The translations under genes and the position numbers were made by a program. Shown here one piece after another: positions 14,702-23,535 of a DNA stretch of 32,628 nt. Each line of letters opens with the position of its first letter. Position 1 is the stretch's first letter. Under the pieces are notes generated by a model. The model did not search any database, was not told the origin of the DNA, and saw nothing but the letters and a program-made list of their open reading frames with translations. This DNA is from Alphaproteobacteria bacterium (GTDB lineage: Bacteria; Pseudomonadota; Alphaproteobacteria; DATDPM01). Location of the stretch: the NCBI GenBank assembly GCA_049691095.1, contig JBAVNO010000027.1:1-32628 (forward strand), read 5' to 3'.

Positions 14702-15850
14702 ATGAAGATCGCGATTCCGAAGGAGCGCAGGCCCGAGGAAGCCCGGGTTGCGGCCACGCCCGAAACCGTGAAAAAACTGACCGCTCTCGGCGCGCAGGTG
14801 ACCGTCGAAGCCGGCGCCGGGGCGGGATCGTCGATACCCGACGACGCCTACAAGGCCGCCGGCGCAACCGTCGCCGCCGACGAGGCCGGGGCGCTTCGGG
14901 ACGCCGACATCGTGCTCAAGGTGCAAAGGCCGATGGGCCCGGGCGAGGGCGGAGCCGACGAGATCGGAATGATGAAATCCGGCGCGCTGCTGATCGGCAT
15001 GCTGGCGCCGTTCGCGAGCCGCGACCTGGTCGCGGCCTACGCCAAGCAGGGGCTGCTGGCGTTCTCGATGGAGCTGCTGCCCCGCATCACCCGGGCGCAG
15101 ACGATGGACGTTCTCTCCTCCCAGAGCAATCTGACCGGCTATAAGGCGGTGATCGACGGCGCGGCGGAGTTCGGCCGCATCTTCCCGATGATGATGACGG
15201 CGGCCGGAACGGTGCCGCCGGCGCGCGTGGTGGTGATGGGTGCCGGCGTGGCCGGCCTGCAGGCCATCGCGACCGCGAAAAGGCTCGGGGCCATCGTCTC
15301 GGCCTTCGACGTCCGCCCCGCCGCGAAGGAACAGGTGGAAAGCCTGGGGGCCACGTTCATCTCCGTGGAATCGCCCGAGGTTGCCACCGCCGAGACGGCG
15401 GGCGGCTACGCCCGCGAGATGAGCGAAGAGTACAAGCGCAAGCAGGCCGAAAAGGTCCACGAGACCCTGAAGAAGCAGGACATCGTCATCTGCACCGCGC
15501 TCATTCCCGGCAAGCGCGCGCCGATCCTGGTCACGGCCGACATGGTCAAGGACATGAAGCCCGGCGCGGTGATCGTCGACCTCGCGGTCGAGGCGGGCGG
15601 CAACTGCGAGCTATCGGAAGCGGGCAAGGTGGTGGTGAAGCACGGGGTGAAGATCGTCGGCCACAACAACGTGCCGAGCCGCGTGGCGGTGGACGCGAGC
15701 GCGCTCTATGCACGCAATCTGCTGCAATTCGTCGGTCTGCTCGTCGACAAGGAGAGCAAGCAGCTCAAAGTCAATTGGGACGACGAAATCATCCGCGCCA
15801 CGTGCCTTACGCGCGACGGCGCAATCGTGAATGAAGCCCTGAAGTCCTGA
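14702..15850 (+). CDS. pntAA: NAD(P) transhydrogenase subunit alpha part 1 (dI)
   Basis: [13 protein letters not shown]... N-terminus and the [14 protein letters not shown] Rossmann motif; alanine-dehydrogenase-like fold typical of PntAA. Confidence 0.93.
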   Translation: MKIAIPKERRPEEARVAATPETVKKLTALGAQVTVEAGAGAGSSIPDDAYKAAGATVAADEAGALRDADIVLKVQRPMGPGEGGADEIGMMKSGALLIGMLAPFASRDLVAAYAKQGLLAFSMELLPRITRAQTMDVLSSQSNLTGYKAVIDGAAEFGRIFPMMMTAAGTVPPARVVVMGAGVAGLQAIATAKRLGAIVSAFDVRPAAKEQVESLGATFISVESPEVATAETAGGYAREMSEEYKRKQAEKVHETLKKQDIVICTALIPGKRAPILVTADMVKDMKPGAVIVDLAVEAGGNCELSEAGKVVVKHGVKIVGHNNVPSRVAVDASALYARNLLQFVGLLVDKESKQLKVNWDDEIIRATCLTRDGAIVNEALKS

Positions 15851-15863
15851 GGAGAGACTCGTA

Positions 15864-16208
15864 ATGCAGGCTCCTGATCTCGCAACCACCGGAACCCTGG
15901 CCGCGCAAGCGGGCCACGCGGTCGGCCTCGATCCGCTGGTCGTGGGCCTGACCGTCTTCGTGCTGGCCGTGGTCGTCGGCTTCTACGTCATCTGGGGAGT
16001 CACACCGGCGCTGCACTCGCCGCTGATGTCGGTCACCAACGCCATTTCCTCGGTGATCGTGGTCGGCGCCCTGATCGCGGCGGGACCGGCGGACTTCAAC
16101 TTCTCGAAGATCATGGGCTTCCTGGCGGTGGCCCTGGCTTCGGTCAACATCTTCGGCGGGTTCATCGTCACGCAGCGCATGCTGCAAATGTTCCGCAAGA
16201 ACAAGTAG
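15864..16208 (+). CDS. pntAB: NAD(P) transhydrogenase subunit alpha part 2 (membrane)
   Basis: 114-aa hydrophobic protein with [13 protein letters not shown] and [11 protein letters not shown] motifs. GAGGAG RBS. Confidence 0.9.
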   Translation: MQAPDLATTGTLAAQAGHAVGLDPLVVGLTVFVLAVVVGFYVIWGVTPALHSPLMSVTNAISSVIVVGALIAAGPADFNFSKIMGFLAVALASVNIFGGFIVTQRMLQMFRKNK

Positions 16209-16223
16209 GCGGGGAGGAACGCA

Positions 16224-17615
16224 GTGTCTGCGAACGCATCGGCTCTCGCCTACCTAATCGCCTCGATCTGCTTCATCCTGGCGCTTCGGGGCCTCTCCAG
16301 CCCGGAATCGGCGCGCAAGGGCAACCTGTTCGGCATCAGCGGCATGATCATCGCCGTCGTGACCACGCTGCTCCTGCCCGACGTGGTCAGCTACGGCACG
16401 ATCCTGGCGGGTGTGGTCATCGGCGGCGCGGTCGGCACCGTGATCGCGCTTCGGATCCAGATGACCGCGTTGCCCCAACTGGTCGCGGCCTTCCACAGCC
16501 TGGTGGGTTTGGCGGCCGTGTTCGTGGCGGCGGCGGCGTTCTACGCGCCCGAGTCGTACGGCATCGGGGTGACTGGCGCCATCAAGACCCAGAGCCTGAT
16601 CGAGATGAGCCTGGGCACCGCCATCGGCGCCGTCACCTTCACCGGCTCGATCATCGCCTTCTCCAAGCTGCAGGGGATCATGACCGGCGCGCCGCTCGTA
16701 TTCCCCGGGCAGCACTGGCTCAACCTTACGCTGGGCCTTCTGCTGGTCGCGATCGTCGCCTATTTCGTCGCCACCGAAGCGCCGGGCGCGTTCTGGGCCA
16801 TCGCGTTCCTGTCCTTCGTGCTGGGCGTGCTCATCATCGTCCCCATCGGCGGCGCCGACATGCCGGTGGTGGTGTCCATGCTCAACTCCTATTCGGGATG
16901 GGCGGCCGCGGGCATCGGGTTCACGCTCGAGAACAATCTCCTCATCATCACCGGCTCGCTGGTCGGGTCCTCGGGCGCGATCCTCAGCTACATCATGTGC
17001 AAGGGCATGAACCGGTCGTTCTTCAACGTCATCTTGGGCGGGTTCGGCGTGGCGGCCGGCACGGCTGCGGCGGGCGCCCGGCCGGAACGGCCGGTCAAGT
17101 CGGGCAGCGCCGAGGATGCGGCGTTCATCATGAAGAACGCCGGCTCGGTCATCATCGTGCCCGGCTACGGCATGGCGGTGGCCCAGGCCCAGCACGCGGT
17201 GCGCGAAATGGCCGACACGCTCAAGAAGGAAGGCGTGAAGGTGCGCTACGCCATCCATCCGGTGGCGGGCCGCATGCCGGGCCACATGAACGTATTGCTG
17301 GCCGAGGCCAACGTGCCCTACGACGAGGTGTTCGAGCTCGACGACATCAACAACGACTTCGCCACCACCGACGTGGCCTACGTCATCGGCGCCAATGACA
17401 TCACGAACCCGGCCGCCAAGACCGACCCCACGAGCCCGATCTACGGCATGCCGATCCTGGACGTGGAGAGGGCGCGCACCGTGCTGTTCGTCAAACGCTC
17501 GATGGCCTCGGGCTACGCGGGCGTCGACAACGAGCTGTTCTACCGCGACAACACCATGATGCTGTTCGGCGACGCCAAGAAGATGACCGAAGGAATCATC
17601 AAGGCGCTGGCCTGA
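16224..17615 (+). CDS. pntB: NAD(P) transhydrogenase subunit beta
   Basis: GTG start with GGGGAGGA RBS. N-terminal multi-TM domain plus C-terminal dIII (VPGYGMAVAQAQH, GRMPGHMNVLLAEA). Confidence 0.93.
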   Translation: MSANASALAYLIASICFILALRGLSSPESARKGNLFGISGMIIAVVTTLLLPDVVSYGTILAGVVIGGAVGTVIALRIQMTALPQLVAAFHSLVGLAAVFVAAAAFYAPESYGIGVTGAIKTQSLIEMSLGTAIGAVTFTGSIIAFSKLQGIMTGAPLVFPGQHWLNLTLGLLLVAIVAYFVATEAPGAFWAIAFLSFVLGVLIIVPIGGADMPVVVSMLNSYSGWAAAGIGFTLENNLLIITGSLVGSSGAILSYIMCKGMNRSFFNVILGGFGVAAGTAAAGARPERPVKSGSAEDAAFIMKNAGSVIIVPGYGMAVAQAQHAVREMADTLKKEGVKVRYAIHPVAGRMPGHMNVLLAEANVPYDEVFELDDINNDFATTDVAYVIGANDITNPAAKTDPTSPIYGMPILDVERARTVLFVKRSMASGYAGVDNELFYRDNTMMLFGDAKKMTEGIIKALA

Positions 17616-17641
17616 GACTGCGACGATCTAGGGGGAAGGGG

Positions 17642-17671
17642 GGCGGTCGCCGGAAGGTGCCGCCTTTCTTT
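17642..17671 (+). terminator. Weak candidate terminator after pntB
   Basis: GGCGG...CCGCC stem with a 13-nt loop, followed by TTTCTTT. Confidence 0.3.
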
Positions 17672-17729
17672 CATTTGCGCCGCGGCGTTCCGTATCCGCG
17701 CTTGTCGGCGGCGCAATCCCAGACCCTCT

Positions 17730-17767
17730 GAAAAGCGAAAAGCCGCGCCGGGGTGACCCTGCGCGGC
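17730..17767 (-). terminator. Rho-independent terminator of rpsU
   Basis: On the minus strand: GCCGCGCAGGG-TCAC-CCCGGCGCGGC (10 bp with one mismatch) followed by TTTTCGCTTTTC. Confidence 0.7.
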
Positions 17768-17807
17768 CTGCCTTGCCCCTTGGGGGCGACGCGATGCGGA
17801 GACCGGG

Positions 17808-18014
17808 CTAGAAGCCCTCGCGCTCCATGCGCTTGCGCATCATTTTGCGGAACCGCCGCACCGCTTCCGCGCGCTCGCGCGCCTTGCGCTCCGAGGGCTT
17901 CTCGTAGGCGCGGCGCAGCTTCATTTCCCGGAAGACGCCCTCGCGCTGCATCTTCTTCTTCAGCGCGCGCAGGGCTTGATCGACGTTGTTGTCGCGAACG
18001 ATGACCTGAACGAT
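17808..18014 (-). CDS. rpsU: 30S ribosomal protein S21 (absent from the ORF track; apparent ATC start)
   Basis: Manual translation gives (M)[72 protein letters not shown] lies 8 nt upstream of ATC 18014. No in-frame ATG, GTG or TTG is available. Confidence 0.85.
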   Translation of the reverse strand: MVQVIVRDNNVDQALRALKKKMQREGVFREMKLRRAYEKPSERKARERAEAVRRFRKMMRKRMEREGF

Positions 18015-18219
18015 GGTACCTACTCCTGGCTCAACATTCAGTAACGCCCCCGGCGCGGCGGGTTCGCCGCAGCGCCCAGGGACCGGCCGAGGCCGCGGTT
18101 CATAACACAGACCGAAACGCCTGTGAAGGGTCCGAAGGCGGCTTTTTGCCGCCCGCGTGGCCCCATCCGGCGTTACCGCCCTTCTTTACCGGCAGGCGGA
18201 AGGTGCGCATATTAAGATC

Positions 18220-18789
18220 ATGGCAATCCTTAAAATTGCGCGAATGGGACACCCCGCTCTGCGGCGCCGGGCCGAAGAGGTCGCAAACCCCACCTCGGCC
18301 GCGATCCGCCGGCTGGTGAAGGACATGAAGGAAACCCTGGCCGACGTGGGCGGCGCGGGACTGGCGGCGCCCCAGGTCCATGTCCCGAAACGGGTCGTGA
18401 TCTTCAGCGTGCCGCCGGAACGGATCACGGAAGAGCCCGGCGCCGCGCCCATGGATCTCGCCGTCCTCGTCAATCCGGTGGTCGAGCCCCTGACCGACGA
18501 GACCGAGCTCGGCTGGGAAGGGTGCCTCAGCGTGCCGGGCCTGCGCGGCGTGGTCCCGCGCTATACGCGGGTGCGGTATTCCGGCATCACGCCCGAGGGC
18601 CAACGGATCAAGCGCGAGGCCAGCGGATTCCACGCCCGGGTGGTCCAGCACGAATGCGACCATCTCGACGGCATCCTGTATCCCATGCGGATGACCGACC
18701 TTTCGCTGCTATGCTTCACCGACGAGCTGCGTCACGGACTGCCGGAGATCGTGCCCGCGCGGCGCGATACCGCCGGAAGCATTCCGTGA
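18220..18789 (+). CDS. def: Peptide deformylase
   Basis: Start at ATG 18220 (MAILKIARMGHP...). All three PDF motifs are present: GAGLAAPQV, EGCLSVPG and QHECDHLDG. Confidence 0.9.
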   Translation: MAILKIARMGHPALRRRAEEVANPTSAAIRRLVKDMKETLADVGGAGLAAPQVHVPKRVVIFSVPPERITEEPGAAPMDLAVLVNPVVEPLTDETELGWEGCLSVPGLRGVVPRYTRVRYSGITPEGQRIKREASGFHARVVQHECDHLDGILYPMRMTDLSLLCFTDELRHGLPEIVPARRDTAGSIP

Positions 18790-18802
18790 AGGAGGAATGA
18801 CC

Positions 18803-19483
18803 ATGACAAACGAACACCCCCACGGCGACAGCCTCGAACATTTGAAGGAACGGCTCTTGCTGGCGAGCCTGCCGCACGTGCCGTTCAAGGGCTGGTCGAA
18901 GGACACGCTTGCGGCCGCCGCGGCCGAGCTCGGGCTCGAGCGCGGGAGCGACGAGCTGGCCTTCCCCGGAGGCCCGGCGGACCTGGTGGAATATTTCAGC
19001 ACCTATACGGACCACAAGATGGTCACCGTCCTCGAGCAGCAGAACCTGCCGGAACTCAAGGTGCGGGACCGCATCGCCGCCGGCGTGCGCGTGCGCCTCG
19101 ACCTGCTGGCGCGGCATCGCGAGGCGGTGCGCCGCGTTCTGGCGTTCCTCGCCATGCCGCAAAACACCGCGCTCGGCGTCTCATGCCTCTTGCGCACCGT
19201 TGACGCCATCTGGCGGGCCGCCGGCGACAATTCCACAGACTTCAACTACTACACCAAGCGCACGTTGCTCGCCGGAGTCTACGCGGCGACGCTGCTCTAC
19301 TGGCTCGACGACGAGTCGGAGGGTTGTCAGGACACGTTCGGGTTCCTGGACCGGCGCATCGCCAACGTGCTGGAGCTGGGGCGGGCCGGCAGCCGCCTCG
19401 ACCAGGCCCTGGCCAAGCTTCCCAATCCCTTCCGGTTGTTCGCGGACCTGCGCGGCCGCAAGAGCGTATGGCCGCGCGCCTGA
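18803..19483 (+). CDS. COQ9-family protein (the alphaproteobacterial 'rpsU-divergently transcribed protein' family)
   Basis: AAGGAGG lies 7 nt upstream of ATG 18803; ATG 18797 is only 1 nt from the SD. The helical protein with KVRDRIAAGVRVRLD and NYYTKRTLLAGVY segments resembles COQ9-like proteins. Confidence 0.75.
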   Translation: MTNEHPHGDSLEHLKERLLLASLPHVPFKGWSKDTLAAAAAELGLERGSDELAFPGGPADLVEYFSTYTDHKMVTVLEQQNLPELKVRDRIAAGVRVRLDLLARHREAVRRVLAFLAMPQNTALGVSCLLRTVDAIWRAAGDNSTDFNYYTKRTLLAGVYAATLLYWLDDESEGCQDTFGFLDRRIANVLELGRAGSRLDQALAKLPNPFRLFADLRGRKSVWPRA

Positions 19484-19523
19484 GGCCCGTTACGACAGGG
19501 GCCTGAGGCCCGTTACGACAGGG
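19478..19523. repeat. 23-bp perfect tandem duplication spanning two convergent stop codons
   Basis: GCCTGAGGCCCGTTACGACAGGG x2. Copy 1 carries the COQ9-like TGA (19481-19483). Copy 2 carries the purK TAA (complement of 19513-19515). Confidence 0.95.
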
Positions 19524-20619
19524 GAAAGAGCCGGGTGACGTGGCCCATCTTGCGTCCCGGCTTGGTCTCGGTCTTCCCGTAAAGATGCACCTTCACGTCG
19601 GGCTCGGCCACCAAGTCGCGCCAGCGGTCCACCTCCGCGCCGATGAGATTCTTCATCTCGGCGTTGGCCAGCCGCCGGGTGGAGCCGAGCGGAAGCCCGG
19701 TGACCGCGCGCACGTGCTGCTCGAACTGACTGGTGACGCAGGCATCCAAGGTCCAGTGCCCGGAATTATGGGGGCGCGGCGCGAGCTCGTTGACGAGAAG
19801 CTGGTCGTCGCGGGTGAGGAACATCTCGACGGCAAGGAGCCCCACGAGATCGAGGGCGTTCGCGAGCACGAGCGCCATGCGCTGGGCCTCGCCCGCAAGA
19901 GCGCCCGAAACCCGCGCCGGCGCGATCGTGCGATCGAGGATGCCGTGTACGTGCTCGTTCTCGACCACGTCATAGACGGCGGTCTCGCCGGTGACGCCCC
20001 GCGCCACGATCACCGAAAGCTCGCAGGAGAAATCGACGAAGGCCTCGAGAATCGACGGCGCCGCGGCGGCGATTCCGGCCGCCTCGTCGACCGCGCGCCA
20101 AAACGCCTCATCGTCGCCGGCGGGAATCCGCACCTGGCCCTTGCCGTCATAGCCGTGGCGGCGCGTCTTGAACACCGCCGGCCGCCCCAGCGTCTCGAAT
20201 GCGGCCTCGAGCGAGGTCCGGTCCGTGACCGGGGCGAAGGGCGCGGTGGCGACCTCGTTGTCCCACGCGAAGGTCTTCTCCAGCAAGCGGTCCTGGCAGA
20301 TGCGCAGCACGTCGGGCTTGGGCCGCACCGGCACCAGGTCCTCGATGGCCGTGACGGCCTCGAAGGGGACGTTCTCGAACTCGAAGGTGACGACATCGAC
20401 GGACCGCGCGAAGGCGCGTAGCGCGGCCTCGTCCGTATAAGGCGCGACCGTGGCCTTGCCTGACACCTGGGCCGCGGGCGAATCCGCTTCGGGCGTGAAG
20501 ACATGGGTTCTGAAGCCCAGACGCGCGGCGGCCATCGCGCTCATCCGCCCGAGCTGGCCGCCGCCCAGGATGCCGATCGCGGCGCCGGGCGCGAAAATCT
20601 GTCCCCGCTCTGCGGTCAC
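19513..20619 (-). CDS. purK: N5-carboxyaminoimidazole ribonucleotide synthase
   Basis: GTG start. IGILGGGQLGRM N-terminus, ATP-grasp architecture, and location directly downstream of purE. Confidence 0.92.
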   Translation of the reverse strand: MTAERGQIFAPGAAIGILGGGQLGRMSAMAAARLGFRTHVFTPEADSPAAQVSGKATVAPYTDEAALRAFARSVDVVTFEFENVPFEAVTAIEDLVPVRPKPDVLRICQDRLLEKTFAWDNEVATAPFAPVTDRTSLEAAFETLGRPAVFKTRRHGYDGKGQVRIPAGDDEAFWRAVDEAAGIAAAAPSILEAFVDFSCELSVIVARGVTGETAVYDVVENEHVHGILDRTIAPARVSGALAGEAQRMALVLANALDLVGLLAVEMFLTRDDQLLVNELAPRPHNSGHWTLDACVTSQFEQHVRAVTGLPLGSTRRLANAEMKNLIGAEVDRWRDLVAEPDVKVHLYGKTETKPGRKMGHVTRLFPLS

Positions 20620-20626
20620 GGGCGAG

Positions 20627-21124
20627 CTACTCGTTGTCTCCGGGTACGAGCCCGACGGATTCGGTCAGCGTCTTGCGCCACGACTCGAGCCGGTCGGCGA
20701 TCGCGGAGTCCGAAAGTGCGAGGATGGACGCCGCCAGCACCGCGGCGTTGACGGCGCCGGCCTTGCCGATCGCCAAGGTGCCGACGGGCACGCCACCCGG
20801 CATCTGGACGATGGACAGCAGACTGTCCATGCCGCTCAGCGATTGCGTCTCGATGGGCACGCCGAGAACGGGAAGCGTGGTCAGCGACGCCACCATGCCC
20901 GGCAGATGGGCGGCGCCGCCGGCGCCGGCGACGATGACCTTGAGGCCCCGGCCCTTGGCTGTTTCGGCATATTCGTAGAGGCGCCTGGGTGTGCGGTGGG
21001 CGGAAACGATCTTGCTTTCGTGCGCGATGCCGAGCGCGCTCAGGGTCTCGTCCACATGGCGCATGATCGACCAGTCGGACTTGCTTCCCATGATGATTCC
21101 GACCAGCGGTGAGGGTCCGCCCAT
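20627..21124 (-). CDS. purE: N5-carboxyaminoimidazole ribonucleotide mutase
   Basis: Start at ATG 21124 ([18 protein letters not shown]...). SAHRTP and [10 protein letters not shown] motifs. The N-terminal extension of the track ORF is Pro/Gly/Arg-rich and implausible. Confidence 0.92.
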   Translation of the reverse strand: MGGPSPLVGIIMGSKSDWSIMRHVDETLSALGIAHESKIVSAHRTPRRLYEYAETAKGRGLKVIVAGAGGAAHLPGMVASLTTLPVLGVPIETQSLSGMDSLLSIVQMPGGVPVGTLAIGKAGAVNAAVLAASILALSDSAIADRLESWRKTLTESVGLVPGDNE

Positions 21125-21166
21125 GGCCTTGCCGATCCTTGTTCCCGGCTCCAAAGGAAGCCGGCA

Positions 21167-21194
21167 ATTATAGGGGGGGCGATTCCCAACGCAA
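21167..21194 (-). promoter_or_regulatory. Candidate sigma-70-type promoter for purEK
   Basis: Minus strand reads TTGCGT-N16-TATAAT, about 45 nt upstream of the purE start. Confidence 0.35.
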
Positions 21195-21396
21195 GGGGCG
21201 GTAGGCCAAAACTGCCCGATATTTCCGTCGCTTTCCGGCCATTGGCCGCCGCCGGGGGTTCCGCTAGGATAGGCCCGGCACGGGGGGCGGATCATGGCCC
21301 GCCAAGGCGGCGCCGCCAAGATGGCCCGGGTCGGATTTCGGGGGGAGCCGGTCATTTGTTAACCATTTTGCTGGGGCTCAGCGTTACCATCCGGCC

Positions 21397-22122
21397 ATGA
21401 AAATCGACGACTCCAACCGCGTGAAGGGCCCGGGCGGGGTTCTGCGCCGCGGCGACAAGAACGTGCAGGCGGCGGGCAAGGTCCAGCCCCGGGTCGTCAC
21501 CGACGCCAGCACGATCCTTTCCATCCCCGAGCACGAACTGACGCCGAAGGTCAGGACCGCCATCCTCCGCCTGATGGAGGAAGTGGACCATCTGCGCCGC
21601 GAGCTGGAGCAGAGCCGGGCGCGGATCGCCTATCTCGAGAACCTCGCCGACCAGGACACGCTGCTTCCGGTCGCGAACCGCCGCGCCTTCGTGCGCGAGC
21701 TGACGCGCATGATGGCCTTCGCCGAACGCTACCGGGCGCCGGCGAGCCTGCTCTATTTCGACATCAATGCGATGAAGGACGTCAACGACACCCACGGGCA
21801 CGGCGGCGGCGATGCGGCGCTCAAGCACGTGGCCGACGTCTTGCTCAAGAACACGCGCAGTTCCGACGTCGTGGGACGGCTGGGCGGCGACGAGTTCGCC
21901 GTGATTCTCGCCAACGCCGATCAGGCGACGGCCAACGAGAAGGCCACGCTGCTCGCGGCGGCGATCGAGAACGCGCCGTTCGAATGGCACGGCAAACAGA
22001 TCGGGCTGACGGTTTCGGTGGGCGCCTATACCTTCCGGGGCGGCGAGAATGCGGGCGAGGCGCTGGACGCGGCCGACCGCGCCATGTACGAGCGCAAACA
22101 GTTGAAGGGCGAAACCCGCTAG
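21397..22122 (+). CDS. Diguanylate cyclase (GGDEF domain) with an N-terminal coiled coil
   Basis: GGDEF active-site motif (RLGGDEFAVIL) with an RxxD I-site five residues upstream (RSSD). No recognisable sensor domain. Confidence 0.85.
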   Translation: MKIDDSNRVKGPGGVLRRGDKNVQAAGKVQPRVVTDASTILSIPEHELTPKVRTAILRLMEEVDHLRRELEQSRARIAYLENLADQDTLLPVANRRAFVRELTRMMAFAERYRAPASLLYFDINAMKDVNDTHGHGGGDAALKHVADVLLKNTRSSDVVGRLGGDEFAVILANADQATANEKATLLAAAIENAPFEWHGKQIGLTVSVGAYTFRGGENAGEALDAADRAMYERKQLKGETR

Positions 22123-22123
22123 C

Positions 22124-22324
22124 TCAGGCGATGATGTCCGGCAGCAGCCGGCTCTCCAGTTTCGCGATCAGATCCTTCAAATACAGTTTTCGTTTCTTCA
22201 GTCTTTGGATCTGCAGGGGATCGTAAGGACCGCGCTCGATCAGCTGCTGGATGACGTCGTCCAAATCGCGATGTTCGCTCTTCAACTGTGAGAGCTGTTG
22301 CCGCAATTTCTCGATGTCGTTCAT
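22124..22324 (-). CDS. DUF465 (YdcH-like) small protein
   Basis: 66 aa. EHRDLDDVI...LQIQRLKKRKLYLKDLI matches the DUF465 pattern. Visibly lower GC than its surroundings. Confidence 0.75.
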   Translation of the reverse strand: MNDIEKLRQQLSQLKSEHRDLDDVIQQLIERGPYDPLQIQRLKKRKLYLKDLIAKLESRLLPDIIA

Positions 22325-22388
22325 TCGTTCGAATATACCAATTCGGTTGCCCCGAATCGCGGCTTTTGTGGGGGCCGCGGATACCGTC

Positions 22389-23009
22389 CTAGTCCTCGGC
22401 GCCGCCGCGGATGACTCGTATCGTGCCCCGCGCCGTCTCCTTCTCGCCTTCCCGCCAGCGCCGCGCCAGGCCGGCGTCGAGGTCGAACAGGTCGAGCACC
22501 CGTCCCACCGTGTGGTCCACCATGTCGTCGAGCGAGGCGGGCGCCGCGTAGAAGGCCGGCACGGGCGGCGCGATGATCCCGCCCAGTTCCGAGACCGTCA
22601 CCATGTTGCGCAGGTGCACGGTGTGCAGCGGCGTTTCGCGGACCATGAGGACGAGCCGCCGGCGCTCCTTCAAGATGACGTCGGCGGCCCTGGTGAGCAG
22701 CGTGGACGTGGCCGCGGTGGCGATTTCCGCCAAACTCTTCATCGAGCACGGCGCCACCACCATGCCGCGGGTGCGGAACGAGCCGCTCGCGATCGGGGCC
22801 GCCAAGTCGTCCGGGCCGTACCAATGGCTGGCCAGCGCGCGCACGGAGGCGATCTTGAAATCGGTCTCCCAGGCGAGCGTGATTTCCGCCGCCTTGCTCA
22901 TCACCAAATGGGTTTCGACGCCGAGCCGGCGCAGGGTCTCCAGCAGGCGCACGCCGTATACGATGCCCGAGGCGCCGCTGATGCCGACGATCATGGGTAA
23001 GTTATTCAT
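22389..23009 (-). CDS. ubiX: Flavin prenyltransferase UbiX
   Basis: Start at ATG 23009 (MNNLPMIVGISGASG...). APCSMKSLAEIA and LKERRRLVLMVRETPLH motifs. Confidence 0.9.
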   Translation of the reverse strand: MNNLPMIVGISGASGIVYGVRLLETLRRLGVETHLVMSKAAEITLAWETDFKIASVRALASHWYGPDDLAAPIASGSFRTRGMVVAPCSMKSLAEIATAATSTLLTRAADVILKERRRLVLMVRETPLHTVHLRNMVTVSELGGIIAPPVPAFYAAPASLDDMVDHTVGRVLDLFDLDAGLARRWREGEKETARGTIRVIRGGAED

Positions 23010-23147
23010 ATTGCGCCTTTTTCTGCGGCTGTCGCCGGCCGCCGATGGGCCCGGGAAAGGGCCCGGCAACGGGCTTGGCAACGGTCGGCGGACGCGCTTA
23101 AGATAATCACAGTAAGACCATCCGGGTCATTGAACAGGAGTGGGCTC

Positions 23148-23315
23148 ATGGCAGGCCAGAAGAATATCGAATCCCTCCAGACTAAACATGCCGAACTCGA
23201 ACAAGCCATTGAAGTCGAAAACAATCGACCCCTCCCGGACGAACTCCACATCCAAGAACTCAAACGCCAGAAACTCCGCATCAAGGACGAAATCGCACGC
23301 ATGGGCGCGGGATAG
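23148..23315 (+). CDS. DUF465 (YdcH-like) small protein, second copy
   Basis: AGGAG lies 7 nt upstream of ATG 23148. KHAELEQAI...LHIQELKRQKLRIKDEI matches the DUF465 pattern. Lower GC than its surroundings. Confidence 0.75.
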   Translation: MAGQKNIESLQTKHAELEQAIEVENNRPLPDELHIQELKRQKLRIKDEIARMGAG

Positions 23316-23487
23316 CGGAGCCGACGCGGCATCCCCCCGTAATCCACGAGCCGACCGGGGCGCAAGTCCGCCCGGACGGCCGCTAGTCCCTCGCCGCGAG
23401 CAGGCGGCGAAGCCAACGGATCATTCTTTTTCGGCTTTTTCGGAACAGCGGGTGCGGCCCGCCGGCGCGAAGCGTTGCGCCGGGCGC

Positions 23488-23535
23488 CGCCGCTAACCTG
23501 CGCCGCTAACCTGCGCCGCTAACCTGCGCCGTTAC
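23488..23535. repeat. 13-bp tandem repeat (CGCCGCTAACCTG) x3 plus a degenerate fourth copy
   Basis: Perfect copies at 23488-23500, 23501-23513 and 23514-23526. The degenerate copy contains the stop codon of the TrcR-like gene (23532-23534). Confidence 0.9.

Noticed and set aside
17753-18004. 83-aa plus-strand ORF from the track
   Set aside because: It is antisense to an unmistakable rpsU (S21) coding sequence, and its translation is Ala/Arg/Pro-rich with no features.
21125-21396. Possible purine or ZTP-type riboswitch in the purE upstream region, and the N-terminal extension of the purE ORF
   Set aside because: I could not find the conserved ZTP (pfl) or purine-riboswitch core sequences by eye. 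A plausible promoter only ~45 nt from the ATG leaves too short a leader. The extended ORF is Pro/Gly-rich and lacks an RBS.
23488-23535. CRISPR-like array, considered for this repeat block and the one at 27423-27476
   Set aside because: The units are 13 bp and directly abutting with no spacers, and no cas genes are present. They are simple tandem repeats.
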